A DNA stretch of 64,000 nucleotides from Eledone cirrhosa (GCA_964016885.1 OZ024741.1:389360001-389424000); one strand, 5' to 3'. Counted from the first letter of the stretch, positions 24,444 to 39,279 are shown. A program made the numbers and translations. The notes: generated by a model not told the origin, from the letters alone.

Positions 24444-26808
24444 ATGTTCTTCTGGTTTTATAATTTCACAAATTTTTACCAATAGAGAGAGAGAGTCGGT
24501 TTCTAACATAGACACAAGACTCTCTCATTGGAATTTACACAACATCAACTAGATAGATATGTATGTCTGCATGCATGCATGTGTAGATATGGATATTACT
24601 GTATGTGTGGATGTGGATGTTTTGAGTTGTATGTGTGCATGTATATATGCTTAGTATCTGTACATGTGTATATGCAGTTATTAGATGCAAAACCTTTGGA
24701 ATGGTTTACATATTTTTACTGTTCCATTAATGGATTGTACTTGTAATTTCCTAACTAGTTGTGTTCTTTCTGTTCCTGTGAAGCCCAGCTTCTCAAGATT
24801 TGTATTGAGGCAGTTACTAACATATCTCAATGCCCCAATAATCACAGGCATAAATCTGAAGGTGTAATCAGGGTGGAGTATCTGCAGATTTCTCATCAGT
24901 TCTACATAAATATTCTTCTTTTCGCTTACCTTTGATATTATATTGGCATCTGCTGGGCAGCTAATTTCCACTGCTGTGCTTGCCTTCTTTTCCCTGTCAC
25001 ATATCATAATATCTGGTCTGTTATGCCTGCATTTTATTGAGGTTTTTGCTGGAACATTCCACCAGTACTCTTTCATATTATATATGTCTTCCACATTGCT
25101 GTAACTTTTAATGTGTTTATTATCGGGGATATCTTTTCTACGAATTGCATTGTACAGTGTTTTGGCCACTACATCATGCCTCATAGGTAGATAGTACCGC
25201 GATGACATCTTTGGACAGCTGCTGATGACATGTGTGATATCTTCGATGTTAGTTCTGCAGAGTCTGCACTTGTTATCACATCTAGGTGTTTTGCCTGCAT
25301 CCCTATCTCTTTTGTCAATCAGGTATTTCGTGTTGATTTCCTGTTCTTGGATTGCAAAAGCGTATCCTTCCCAGTTCTCATGATCTTATCTCTTTCATGC
25401 AGATAGACTTGCTCGAGAGACGGGCTCCTACGCTTTGAGGTTCGTAGATGTTGTCGGAGGGATATGATGCGACATTCAAGTGCTGTCTGGACTGATGTTA
25501 GGCCTCTGCCTTCCTGCTTACGTTTCAAGTAAAGGCCTTCTATTTCACTGTTGATGTGGAAGTTTCCGGTGTTGTTTAGTATTTTTCGATTTTCAATTGC
25601 TCGGATTTCGTCTATCTTCCAATTGAGTATTCCAAAAGTTGGTGTTAGGACAGGCACAGGAAACAAATTGTGAGCCACTGTTTTGTTTTGCGCAGAGAGT
25701 TCCGATGACCATATCTTTCTTAGTCGGGTGTAGTATTCCCTGGTTACGTGTTCTTTATTACAGATACCATTATAGGATATGTTCTCATCTATCCCCAGGT
25801 ATCTGTAGCAGTCCTCATCAGATATTGGTGAGACAGTTAGGCCATTGATACAAATGTTGCTAGATTGGTTTGTTGTTTTTCCCCGCTTTACAGTCATGTA
25901 TGAGCACTTATCTTGACCAAACTCCATTCCTATATCCTTTGAGAATGTTGTAACCAAGTCAAGATTTTTCTTATCCCATCCATGTTCTTGGCATAAAGTT
26001 TCAGATCATCCACAAAGAAATTATGGGTTAGGTTCGTATTTCTGTCCTCCTGTGAGCCAATGATGTATCCTTCACATTTCTTGAGCAGAAAGGACAAGGG
26101 GTTTAATGACAGGATGAATAGTATCACAGAGAGACTGTCTCCCTGAAATATACCCCTGCGATATTTTATTTTATCAGTGAAAATAGAATCCTCCTTCTCT
26201 GTCTTTAACCTTAGGATAGTAGCCCAAGAAGAAGACATCTTCTCTATGGCTCTGATAATAATGTCTGGGATTTAGCAAGTTGGAGGGCCTTTATCATCCA
26301 AGAGTGGGGAACAGAATCGAAAGCTTTCTTGTAGTCCAGCCAGACTGTAGTCATATTCCTCCTAAGTTGTCGCACCTCCGACATCGCAGTTTTGTTGATT
26401 AGTTGTTCATCATATACCCAAACCCCTTTCTATCCAGCTGCTTGTTCATCTGTGATGATGTTATTATTTTCTCAGTGATCTTGGACGAATAGGTTCAGGC
26501 AGACTGTATACATCTTATACATCAGGTTCTGGCAATGGGTCGGTAGTTTTTTGCCAGATGGGTGTCTTTGTTCTTGGGGACCAGTAATGTTTGTGCTAAT
26601 GTCAACCATTCTGGTATAAGTGTATCTCCCTTAAGAACTTGTTGGTAGAGGTCGGTAAGATACCTCCGATAGAATATCAGTTTTTTGTATCAGTAGCCGA
26701 CAATCATGTCTCTTCCTGGTGTTTTCTTATCTTGGAGTTTTCCTATCACAGTCTCAAGGGTACCCTCACATATTTCGTATGTTTTTGTTGTAGTGTAAGA
26801 GCAATATG
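24444..26808 (-). mobile_element. R4/Dong-like LINE family 2, disrupted
   Basis: GIFQGDSLSVILF, FFVDDLKLY, RHD..RPDI. 3' UTR shared with 13497-13720. Confidence 0.88.
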
Positions 26809-26812
26809 CATG

Positions 26813-27800
26813 TATGTGTTCTCTCTTTCTCTTAATTTCGAGTATATTTTTGACCGGCCACCTTCCTGGTGGCAAGGTTGTAAAAGAAAAGAAATTGTAA
26901 TCCCTTGAATCGCAAGAATGTTTTGCAAATTTTGAAGGTACCAGCTATCGCAGCCATTTGTAGACTATGAATTAGGGAGCTGCGCTCTTTGTCCGCAAAT
27001 CCAAGTTCAGTTATACATTGGTCCAAGCGGGTTGGTATATAACCCGTAGCTCCAATAATGATGGGTATGAAGCTAAAGGTGTATTTTGGATACTGGATTT
27101 GTAAACTCCTCGTCAATGGTCCGTAGATGTCCTCCTTCTCCTGTATTTTTCTGACAACGTTTACATCAAGTGGGCAGCTGATCTCCACAACAGAACACGT
27201 TTTCAATGTGTGGTCCCAAACAACAATATCAGGCCGGTTGTGCTTTAATTTGGTGGCAGTTTTTATTTTCAGGTTCCACCAGTATTCCTTAGTGCCATCT
27301 GTCTCAATATATTCTTCCTCGTTTGTTGTTAATTTTGTTTTCCGAAGTGCGTTCCAGATGGTTCTAGCTATCCCATCGTGTCTCATGGGGAGGTAGTAGC
27401 GAGATGACATTCTTTCGCAGGTGGCAACAATGTGGCTTACATCCTCGATCTTTGTTTTACATAGCCTACATTTATTGTCAGCTGGTGGCCCTCCTCTTTT
27501 GTGCAGCAGATATTTAGTAGGGAGTTCTTGTTCCTGTATTGCATAGAGATATCCCTCAAGGTGTGATGTCATAAACTTGTCGGAACTCCATGCCAGGCTT
27601 TTTGAGTGGTTTATCCCCTCTATGGTCTGCGTTTTACGTCTCAAGTATTCATGCACAACTTTTTCTGTAAATTGGTCAATTTTTTCATCTTGTTTGAATT
27701 GAATACGATCTTCCGATTTCTCTGGGTGAGAGATTTATATCAGGCTTTATTCCATATCTCTCCTCCAGATCAGTCGCTATCCTAATGATATTTTTTTCTT
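26813..27800 (-). mobile_element. R4/Dong-like LINE family 3, 5'-truncated
   Basis: AIQEQEL, CRLC..HIVATC..RHD, RPDIVVWD..EISCP. Followed by (TATG)n. Confidence 0.85.
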
Positions 27801-27913
27801 CATGTATATATGTATGTATGTATTATGTATGTATATATGTATGTATGTGTATGTATGTATATTTGGTATGTATGCCTGTATATCTATATGTATATATGTG
27901 TTTAAGTATGTTA

Positions 27914-28305
27914 GCCCACTGGAAGTGAGAGACTCCTAGTTGTTGTTAGAACATCATTCTAGGAGAAGGAAAACTCAGATCTAAAATCTGCGACTCAATG
28001 GCAGCCAATTATGTTGGCGTGTTCTTTTTGGATAACTATCACAATTGTTCAGAGAGTGGGATTGGTCCAGTGCAAGACCTTTCTTCACTTAAAGAAAGCT
28101 TCAAACACAGGCATCACTTGATCTAACCGTCTTATACGAGTGTTGCATGAAAAATGACTGGCCGTAGCTGAAAAAATCTTTCGCTTTTTTTTTTCGCCGC
28201 AGCATATGCAAAAAGGAATGAACAGTTAAAAAGTCATGTTCATGTGAGCCAAGTATGAGAGAAGGATCAAGTAATGGCAATTCTCGAAAGTGAGGTGCAG
28301 CCATT
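27914..28305 (+). mobile_element. degraded bipartite RTE derivative
   Basis: ttctaggagaaggaaaactc and cagagagtggga motifs; 3' end resembles ctcgaaagtgaggtgcagcca. Confidence 0.55.
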
Positions 28306-28389
28306 ATGTGTGTTTGTGTATGTATGTATGTATGTATGTATGTATGTATGTATGTATGTATGTATGTATGTATGTATGTATGTATGTGT

Positions 28390-28958
28390 GAGTGTTTTGT
28401 TTTCTCTTAATTTCGAATACCTTTTTGACGGGCCACCTTCCTGGTGGCAAGGTTGTAAAAGAAAAGAAATTGTCATCCCTTAAATCGCAAGAATGTTTTG
28501 CAAATGTTGAAGGTGCTAGCTATCGCAGTCATTTGTAATCTATGAATTGGGGAGCTGCTTCCTTTGTCCACAAATCCAAGTTCAGTTATGCTTTGGTCTA
28601 AGCGGGCTGGTGTATAACCTGTAGCTCCAATAATTGTTTCTACTTTTGACACGGGGCCAGCAATTATCCCAGTGCATTACTGGTGCTTTATTTTATCGAC
28701 CCTGTAAGGATGAACGGCAAAGTTAACCATGGTGGGATTTTAACCCAAGGCGTAAAGGGCCGTAACTTTATACAGCAAAGCATGGCGTCCGACCCCACTA
28801 CCAATTTCAATAATGATGGATATGAAGCTGAAGGTGTATCTTGGATACTGGATCTGCAAACTCCTCATCAATGCTCCGTAGATGTCCACCTCTTCTATTT
28901 TTCTTACAACGTTGACATCAAGTGGGCAGCTGATCTCTACAACAGAGCACGTTTTCAA
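28390..28958 (-). mobile_element. R4/Dong family 3 3' fragment interrupted by a SINE (~28635-28806)
   Basis: Matches 26820-27208 on both sides of a SINE core (ttttatcgacc..aaggatgaa). (TATG)n on both flanks. Confidence 0.8.
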
Positions 28959-29589
28959 TGTATGTATGTATGTATGTATGTAAGCAGCCACTGATGACTA
29001 AATCAAAAGGATACCAGGCTGACAACGAGTTAGTGCATAGGAGGTTATAACCAGTCTCCACTATCTTCAGTGTTGTGTAGTTAACCCCAGGTCAGTTCTG
29101 ACTGAGCAGTCTTGCATCATGCAGATGGTTAAACGTTTGTGTGTGCCCCACACGTCTATTACAATTACTACGTGTAAGATTCATTTAAAAAAAACACAAT
29201 AACTGTTAACTTTATATATATCATTTATTTTTTTAGGTCAAAATTTTCCACTACAAGTTAATTGCCTGACTACCATTCTGAACCACATATCCATGGTTCC
29301 AGTTATCTCATGCACCTAGCTAAGACAATTTGGATTACACACCATCGAAAGCGATGGAGGTCCATTCCAGTGTAGTCGTTAATTGCATCGGTCTGAATCC
29401 GTGTTGTGCTTTGAAGGCAGTGATGATATCAAGGATCAGACTTTTTAGATTTGTTTAGAGTATGCATAGGGCAGTCATAGGACTATAAGATGTAACTATA
29501 CATGGGCTTTGCAATTGTGATTCTCTTCAGAGTAGCTAGGGGTGTACGTTTTTAGTTGCCCTGTATTTGGAAACCTATATGAATATTTC

Positions 29590-31030
29590 CTTAAGGGTAG
29601 GTACTGCCGATCACAACAGCATCTTCTGATGTACACGAGGTGCATCCAGGAGCGATGACTAATCTCTCAGAGGCTCAGGTCATAAGAGCAGTTAAAGAGC
29701 TTAAATGTGACAAGGCCGCTGGGGAGGATGAAATCCGGTCCGAGATGTTAAAAGCCTTAAATAGACAAGGTATTCTCTGGCTGACTTGTGACTGGGTGGC
29801 CTGGATCTCTGGAAAAGCACCTAAGCAATGGCAATCGGGAGTGATAATGCCAATTTTCAAAAAGGGAGACAAGAGAGATTTTTACAATTATAAAGGGATC
29901 TCATCGTTAAGCCTCTCCAGTAAAGTCTATGCTAAGTGTCTGGCAAAGAGATGGAGGGACATTGTCAAGTCCAAACTACCTAATGAACAGTGTGGGTTTT
30001 CTCCCCGGCAGATCTTTGAGAAATCGCGGGGGTATGGCCAAGAGGTATATTCTTGTTTTGTCGACTTTGAAAAGGCGTTTCTTGGGACCTGCTGTGAAAG
30101 GTTCTGCAGGAGTATGTTGTCGATAGTCAGCTCCTTATTGCCCTGATGTCTCTATACGAATGCCCAAGTATTTGAGTTTGGATAAATAGTGCTAAATCGA
30201 AACCATTTGATGTGATAGTCGAACTCCACCAAGGTTGTGTACTGTCACCTCTTCTGCTCATTATATACGTAAACAGGATTAACATGCGCAGCCGGGTTGG
30301 AAGGGGTATCATGTTTGGCAGGTGTAAAATCAGTCGGCTGGAATTTGCAAATAGCATAGTGTTACTTAACTCGACAGAAGGTGATCTCCGACATGCACTC
30401 GGTACTGCATGGCTGGAATGAAAATCAGTGCACTCAGCCAGCTCAGTTCATTCTACATGAGAATGGAGTTCCACTGAATCAGGTGGAGAAGTTCAGGTAT
30501 TTCAGGGCCATGTTCATGAGTGATGGAAGGCAGGAGGCTGAATTAAGTACAAGAATTGCAGGAGCTGGTGCAGTAATGGACCAGCTTCAACATTCAGTAA
30601 TCAGAAGGGAGGTAGGCGTAAAGGTGAAACTCACTATCATCAATTCGGTATTCGTGCCAACCCTTACCTATGGTCATACATCTTGGGTAATGACCGATAG
30701 GATACGATCACGAATACAAGCGACCGAAAAGAGGTTCCTCCGAAGAGAGTCACTCCAGGTAGAGCTGCTACTTCTCCGAATTGAGAGATCACACTTCTGA
30801 TACTATGAACACGTGGTTAGTATGTTTCAGGAAAGAATTGCAGAACAGATTTTACGGGCAAAACCAACCAGCAGCAGACCCAGGGGTAGACTCCGAGCAA
30901 GATGATTGGATAACATCCATGAGCTTGGCTGGTCGTGCTTGGGGATCCAGCTGGATCAGTTGGAGACGGTTGCTTCTGACAGGACCCGCTGGAGGAAGAT
31001 TTTGAGGATTATGCTCTAATGACACTCCCA
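29590..31030 (+). mobile_element. degraded RTE-type LINE (RT and 3' region)
   Basis: KAAGEDEI..EMLK, PIFKKGDKR..NYKGIS, CFVDFEKAF, HQGCVLSPLL, PTLTYGHTSW. Confidence 0.8.
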
Positions 31031-31481
31031 AGGATAAGTGGATTCTATTTCCTGGAAGAACTGATTCCACTGAACTGTTTATTAAGTTTGAAGAAGTTTT
31101 TTATTATTATCTTTTATTTAGTTATTTATTTATTTTGAAATGCATTTAATTTTTATTTTTTTGTAGATGTATGAGTTTTATATGATAATAATTGTCGAGT
31201 CTTAGCGGAAAGTTGGGGATTGTTTGTCAAGTAGGAACAGGTGTCTGGAGAAAAGCCTGTTCTAGTTAACTTAATGACGTAAATTGGGTTGGGTTGGGCA
31301 TTTTTGTTTATGTTTGTGTTTTCGAATGTAAAGAAAGTTTTGTTGCGATGCCATTATTTCACCTTTTTTATTATCAGTATATGCTGAAAACTAGCAAAAT
31401 GATTTCAACATTAAAGTATCCACAGTTATGGTATGTGGGACCTGGTGAAGTCGGTAGGGATATATATATATATATATATAT

Positions 31482-31870
31482 ATACAAATGAATATATGAT
31501 AGGGATAAACACTGATACAAGTATACATGTGTTTGCATTGCAAATGACCAAGTTAGCTAGATTGAAAAATACTAATTAAAATAATACGGTTTGCCTGTCT
31601 CGATTTAAAATAATGAATCAATAAAAACAAACCTATATTGGCAGGAATAGTAACTTTCACTTAATTGTTGCGAAACAAATTTAAAATGTGTCCGGGTATC
31701 ACGGCTATTGCCAATATAGGTTTGTTTTTATTGATTTATTATTTTAAATCGAGACAGGCAAACCGTATTATTTTAATTAGTATTTTTCAATCCAGCTAAC
31801 TTGGTCATTTGCAATGCAAACACATGTATACTTGTATCAGTGTTTATCCCTATCATATATTCATTTGTAT
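31482..31870. repeat. 162-bp inverted repeat with 65-bp spacer
   Basis: 31482-31643 versus 31709-31870, near perfect. Confidence 0.92.
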
Positions 31871-31958
31871 TACACGGCTCGCAATAGTCCTTTCTTTGAG
31901 CTATTTAATTGTAAAAGACTATTTTGAGTTTATAACTCTATATTATATAATATTATTT

Positions 31959-32014
31959 ACTGCTATATATATTTCGATGATAGACATTGAATGGCTATGA
32001 CCTCATCAGGCAGT
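31959..32014 (-). ncRNA. type I hammerhead ribozyme
   Basis: ACUGC-CUGAUGA-[stem II]-GAAA-UAUAUA-UA-GCAGU; palindromic stem III. Confidence 0.75.
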
Positions 32015-32072
32015 TGGTCAGTTCTTAGATATGCCAGCTCTGTGTTTATAGTGTTGATGGTATCAGAGCCTT

Positions 32073-32118
<46 letters not shown>

Positions 32119-32180
32119 TGAATATATGAGAGGGATGAACACCGGTGCAAGTATACATATATTATATATATACATATATC

Positions 32181-32211
<31 letters not shown>

Positions 32212-32347
32212 CATATGTATGTGTATGTATATATGAGTGTATAACTCTACATATTATTTGTATATATATATATAATATCTACATATATTTTATATATATA
32301 TATATATATACATGTGTGTGTGTGTATGTATATATATATATTATGTA

Positions 32348-32381
<34 letters not shown>

Positions 32382-32474
32382 CATATATATAATATATATA
32401 TACATATATGTATAATATCTACATATATATACGTTTTAAGAAATATTTACTTCTGAATATTTACTTCTGCGTTC

Positions 32475-32550
32475 ACAGATTGACTTTTTTAGTTTCAGAA
32501 GATCCCGTTAAGGGTGAAAGCAGCGATTCTTTGCTTAAACTTTAATCTGT
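32475..32550 (+). ncRNA. hammerhead-like motif with variant core CAGAAGA and extended stem I
   Basis: ACAGAUUGA..AGUUU-CAGAAGA-UCCCGUUAAGGGU-GAAAGCA..UGCU-U-AAACU-UUAAUCUGU. Confidence 0.6.
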
Positions 32551-32552
32551 TA

Positions 32553-32603
<51 letters not shown>

Positions 32604-32608
<5 letters not shown>

Positions 32609-32713
32609 AACCAGTAAGACCCGACAGCTGAGCTCAAGCCGTTTCGACGGCTAATTCTGAATTAGCCGTCGAAACGTCTTGAGCTCAACTGTCGGGGTCT
32701 TACTGGTTCCTAT
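32604..32713. repeat. ~110-bp near-perfect palindrome inside (TA)n
   Basis: ggaaccagtaagac..gacggctaattc-t-gaattagccgtc-gaaac..tcttactggttcc. Confidence 0.9.
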
Positions 32714-32789
32714 TACCCACTCTACTACCCCAAGTATTGAGTACTTTGGTGCGCTATGGTCCACCTGGTTCCTTACCACATTTCCTTCG

Positions 32790-32843
<54 letters not shown>

Positions 32844-33384
32844 TATATATAAACAGTATATGTAATAGGAAAATGTTAGACACCGACGGCAGAGCAGAAG
32901 CTGTTTCGACGGCTATTTCTTGACTAGGTATATATATATATATATGTATATATATAATATATGTATATATATATATATATACATATTATATATATATATC
33001 ATATGATATATATATAAATATATCATATATCATATGATATATATATACATATATCATATATATACATATGCATATATATATACGTATATATATATATATC
33101 ATATATATATATATATATATCATATATATATATATGATATATATATGTATATGTATATATATATGTATATATATAATATATGTATATATATATCTCATAT
33201 ATATATATCATATGATATATATATAATATGTATATATATATGATATGTATATATATAACATATGTATATATGATATATATCATATATATATATAACATAT
33301 GTATATATATCATATATATCATATATATATGATATTTATATACATATATATATATATATATATAATATATATATATGTATATAT

Positions 33385-33600
33385 CGATCGACTTTCGTCA
33401 AATCGGACCAAGGAAACAATGTTTCCGTCGGTATTTCCAGTTGCTAGTACTATCTATCGGTCGCAACTCCAAGTAGAAGGAGCAACCTGAAATAAAGTTT
33501 CTTGCTCAAGGAAATAACGCATCACCCGGTCCAGGAATCGAACTCACAACCTCACGATTGTGAATCCAATTCTCAAACCACTCAGCCACGCGCCTTCACA
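33385..33600 (-). mobile_element. tRNA-derived SINE
   Basis: A box-like tggctgagtgg and B box-like gttcgattcc, followed by a ccttgagcaag core. Relatives at ~58370-58560 and ~63893-64000. Confidence 0.75.
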
Positions 33601-33606
33601 CACACT

Positions 33607-33663
<57 letters not shown>

Positions 33664-36279
33664 TTATTTATTTATTTTTTTTTTTTTTTTTTTTTATTTA
33701 TTTCGTACTGAACTACCTGTTAGACTAATCGCCCCCTCTAAATTAGATCTGGGGGTTGTTAGCAAAGCCATCTTGGATAGAATTATCCCACAGGTTCGTT
33801 CTAATTGCTCCACTTCGAACTTAAATTTATGGTTTGGTACTTCTGAAGTGATTGGCTGGTTCAACAAATTGAATAAGAAAAACACAAAAATGTATTCAAT
33901 TTGATATTGCCAGCTACTATTCTTCTATTTCGCCCTCACTTCTCAACAATGTCCTATCTTTCGCTTACAAATATCCAGACATCACCACAAATGAACTTCA
34001 CATCATTCTCACCGCACGTAAAACCATCCTAGAGTTCAACAATGAATATTGGACCAGAGCTGATACCTCTAACAACTTTGACATCACAATGGGAGCATCC
34101 GATTCATCCCAATTGACAGATTTAATTGGTATCTTTATTTTGAACTCTTTGAATCGGAAAATTCCTCAACTTCGCGGTGGAATTTATCGTGACGATGGAT
34201 TCTCTACTATCTTAAATTGTAACATAGTTAACCTTAATATTATTAAGAACAATATACGTAATCTCTTTAACCAACACAACTTAAAAATTGAATTTGTTAA
34301 CAACATCAAACTAGCTAATTTCTTGGATGTATCTCTTAATCTTGACACTGGCCTATATTACCCTTACCATAAAAACAATGAGAATCTAAATTATGTTAAT
34401 TTTAAATCTAACCACCCCACTAATATTAAGAATGCTATAGTTAGTAATATTGGAAAAAGAATATCCAAACTATCATCTAATAAAAACATCTTTGATGCTA
34501 ACGCCAATTACTATAATAACGCGCTTTCTAAATCAAATATAGCAAAGAAACAAATTCTAGAAGATCTTACAGTAGAATAATTAATCATGATCATTCCAAT
34601 AACTTTAATAAAAGACCTAGATACAAAAACATAATCTGGTATAATGCTCCTTTCTCCATCTCTATTAATAATAATATCCCTAAATTATTCTTTAGTGCCT
34701 TAAATAAATGCTTCCCTCCCTCACATATCTATAGTAAAATATTTAACAAACACACTATAAAATTTTCCTATTCGACCTCCTCCAACATCTCCAACATTAT
34801 CTCTAAACACAACAATAAAATACTAAATACTAAATCTCTTCCTTCCAACACTGAATATCATAATAATAGTAATAGTACTCCCGACGTCATTGCTAACTCT
34901 AGGCTAATTTCTGCAAACCCAAATACAACGTCAAACGCAACTTCGTTAACTGTTCTTAATCCCAATCTAAATCAAGAAACTATTATTCCTATCGTAAATA
35001 ACTTCTCCAATCCAATTCCTTCTATAGATAACACTAGGTCACTTGTTAATAACTCTGCTAATTTCTCTAATCGCAATTGTAATTGCCCTGTTAAAAATAA
35101 ATGTCCTCTCAACAACCATTGTCTTGAAAAAAACTTAATCTATGGATGTAAAGTTATAACTGACACCAATTCTTTTACCTATTTTGGCTCCACTTCCACC
35201 TCCTTTAAAGCTCGTCTTTATAATCATCATTCGTCTTTTAAATACCAACTTAAAAGAACCAACACGGCACTCTCAGAACTCATATGGTCCTTGAAAGACA
35301 AAAATATTAACTATTACATCTCTTGGAGGAAGGTTTGTTCTGCTTCTCCATACTTGAATGCTTCTCTGTCCAAGACATGTAATCTCTGTTTATGTGAGAA
35401 ATTTAGATTCTATAATTTAGATTCTATAATAAATAGACGCACTGACTTGTTTTCTCTCTGCTTGCATAAATTCCACAGAACATTCCATAAAGTATACAGC
35501 TAATATCAAATACTTTACCAATTTAAAATCCTTTTTCTTAAAGGCACATATATATATACATATATATTTCTTTAAAAATATACCCATCTTTCTACCTTAT
35601 TTCAATGTTATTTATTATACATTATATAACACTAGTTACTCATTCTATATCACTCCTATTTATCACTTCCCTTTCTTTCTTTTTTCCTTTTTTCTTTTAA
35701 TTTCTAACCTCTAATCTGTACCTTTTCTTCCTAGATACTTCTCAATTCTCATTATTACTCACCACAATATATCCACTCTTTCTTCCTCCATCCTATCACT
35801 GCCCATAAAATTTAATATTACCCTTTTAAAAACTTTATAGTATCACCTTGAAAAATCCTTCGTAAACATAAACATTTTTTTTGACGTTAGATTATTCATC
35901 CTCAATTCATTATTTTTTTCTCCCTTTCATGCTCATCTAACTTCTACATATTACACATATTCATCCACTCTTCTACTTCTTTTCACAATATAGCCTTAAT
36001 TACATTACTATTTTTATATTTTTTTAATAATACATATCAACAATTTCTTTCCATCGCACATATTATTAAACCCTTCAATATTCAAACCTTAACTTAATAT
36101 TATTCTTAATACATATTAACAATTTCTTTTCATCGCACATATTATTAAACTCTTCAAATACAAACCTTAATTGAACATTATTCAAAATTTTTTCTCTTCG
36201 TTAATTTTCAAATTCTTTTAATTTATATATTATCTTCCAACGGTTTGTTAACCTCTCTCTGTATAACAATATATTTTGG

Positions 36280-36458
36280 ATTGGCAGTATCGGTAGAGGG
36301 TCGGACGCCATGCTTTCCAGCATAGTTACGTCCCTTTACGATCTGAGTTCAAATCCCGCCGAGGTTGACTTTGCCTTTCATCCTTACGGGGTCGATAAAA
36401 TAAAGTACCAGTAATGAACTGGGTTATTGCTGGCCTTGTGCCTAAAGTAGAAACAAAT
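36280..36458 (+). mobile_element. SINE inserted in the Penelope 3' region
   Basis: B box-like gagttcaaatcc and core gcctttcatcc..ggggtcgataaaataaagtaccag; absent from the first Penelope copy. Relatives at ~28635, ~53283 and ~59030. Confidence 0.8.
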
Positions 36459-36704
36459 AAATTTTTCTCAGTTATAAAAGCTATCTCTCCCTCTATCAGC
36501 CATCTCTTCCTATCTCATCCTTCCTTATTATACTCCTCCCCTCCATTCTTTACTCTCATCTCCTCCTCTTTTTCATCCTTTCCAACCCCACCCCCCACCC
36601 TCAATTTTTCCCAATATCACACATCAATCTAAAACTACTTTTCATATGTTGATTTAAAACTGCACTATTCACAAGTGTTTTTTAACCTTCATATCATGTC
36701 TCCC

Positions 36705-36775
36705 TATTTTATCTGACGAAAAAGCAAATGTCATCGCATGATGATATTTGTTTTTGAAATGCGCATAATAAAATA
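36705..36775 (+). ncRNA. type I hammerhead ribozyme
   Basis: UAUUUUAU-CUGACGA-[stem II]-GAAA-UGCGCA-UA-AUAAAAUA. Confidence 0.85.
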
Positions 36776-36803
36776 CATGGAACTCTTTTAAACATCTTTT
36801 GAT

Positions 36804-36862
<59 letters not shown>

Positions 36863-37177
36863 ATGTAGATATATATATGATATATATATATATGTGTATG
36901 TATAGATATATATATGATATATATATATATGTGTATGTATATATATATATATATGATATAAATATATATAAGGTATATGTATATATATTATATATGTATA
37001 TATAATGTATGTATATATATAATATATGTATACGTATATACATATACATATATTATATATATATATATATATATATGTGTAGATATCATATATATATGTA
37101 TATTTATATATATATACATACAGTATATATGTATACATACATATAGATATATATATAAGTATATATATATATGTATG

Positions 37178-37241
<64 letters not shown>

Positions 37242-37324
37242 TATATTAGAAAGTGAGGGTTTTTTTACAAAATGAAAAATAACCGAGGTGTCCTACACGA
37301 GTGAAAGTATAAAGGAAAAAAAGT

Positions 37325-37588
37325 TGAAATCGAAAATGCAACTGGAGTCTTATTTAAAAATATATTTATATATTTATTTGGTTCCTTTACCGGTTTCGGA
37401 GTTCTTCTGCTTTTCAAAAGTAGAGTTGAGATGGAGGGTCTGTGGTTTTTCTCAGATGTGAGAAAAACCACAGACCCTCCATCTCAACTCTACTTTTGAA
37501 AAGCAGAAGAACTCCGAAACCGGTAAAGGAACCAAATAAATATATAAATATATTTTTAAATAAGACTCCAGTTGCATTTTCGATTTCA
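37325..37588. repeat. 264-bp palindrome (130-bp arms, 4-nt loop)
   Basis: Arms 37325-37454 and 37459-37588 appear perfect. Each carries GAAACCGGTA reading outward. Confidence 0.95.
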
Positions 37589-37836
37589 TCTTTATATATA
37601 TATATATATATATATATATTTTACCTGTAAGTTCTTTCGTTGTTTTTGGTATTGTATGGTTGGGTTTTGCCTACCGCAATTTTCAATTTGTCAAGCTTTT
37701 AAACGTATTGTTATTACTCTAAGGACCTATCCTTATTGTAGGTAGGCTTTGCTTGGCCACAGCCAAAGCTTCGATTTTACTAAGCTTCCACTTGTATATA
37801 TATATATGTATACATACATATATATATATGTATATG

Positions 37837-37899
<63 letters not shown>

Positions 37900-37900
37900 G

Positions 37901-37953
<53 letters not shown>

Positions 37954-38008
37954 GTATGTATATATATATATATATGTGTATGTATGTATATATATATATA
38001 TATGTATG

Positions 38009-38053
<45 letters not shown>

Positions 38054-38256
38054 GTATATATATATGTATATATATATGTATGTATATATATATGTATATA
38101 TATATGTATATATATATGTGTGTATATATATATGTATGTATATATATATATGTATGTATATATATATGTATGTATATATATATATGTATGTATATATATA
38201 TATGTATATATATATGTATGTATATATGTATGTATGTATGTATGTATATATATATG

Positions 38257-38812
<556 letters not shown>

Positions 38813-39279
38813 TACAAATGAAAGTACAGCATATTCGAAGCTCGAGCCGAAGCTAAGGCGACGAATGCATTCAGAAGTGCAGCCAAGCACTCGACGAGGT
38901 ATAAAACCTCAGAGTAATAACATACAGTTTAAAGGGCTTTGCAAATTGAAGATAGTGACCGGTAATTCAGCCGCGGGGTCCGTAGCTACGAAAGAACTGA
39001 CTCGCGAGAAAAAATACATATATATATATATGTATATATACATATATATATACACAAATAAAATATAGAGTTATTCACTCATAATAATACCCTGAAATAA
39101 TTAAGCTCAAAGTAAAAATATTGAGCATTTTATAATATATATATGGGAATAAACACAGTAAATTGTGTGTTTAGAATTACGAGGGTAGTAAGACCATCTT
39201 GGTTTGATGAATATAAACTCTGAATCAAACGGAAAATACAAGATAAAATTAAAATATACTGACCGTTTCAATAACTATT

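Larger units (their letters stand above)
33701..36808 (+). mobile_element. second Penelope-like copy (related to 2216-6617), frameshifted
   Basis: Colinear with 3667-6612 over RT, linker, GIY-YIG and the hammerhead. (TA)n flanks. Confidence 0.92.

Noticed and set aside
33520-33600. tRNA-like sequences (also ~36290-36360, ~58375-58435, ~63895-63960)
   Set aside because: They have A/B boxes but no complete cloverleaf and continue into SINE bodies.
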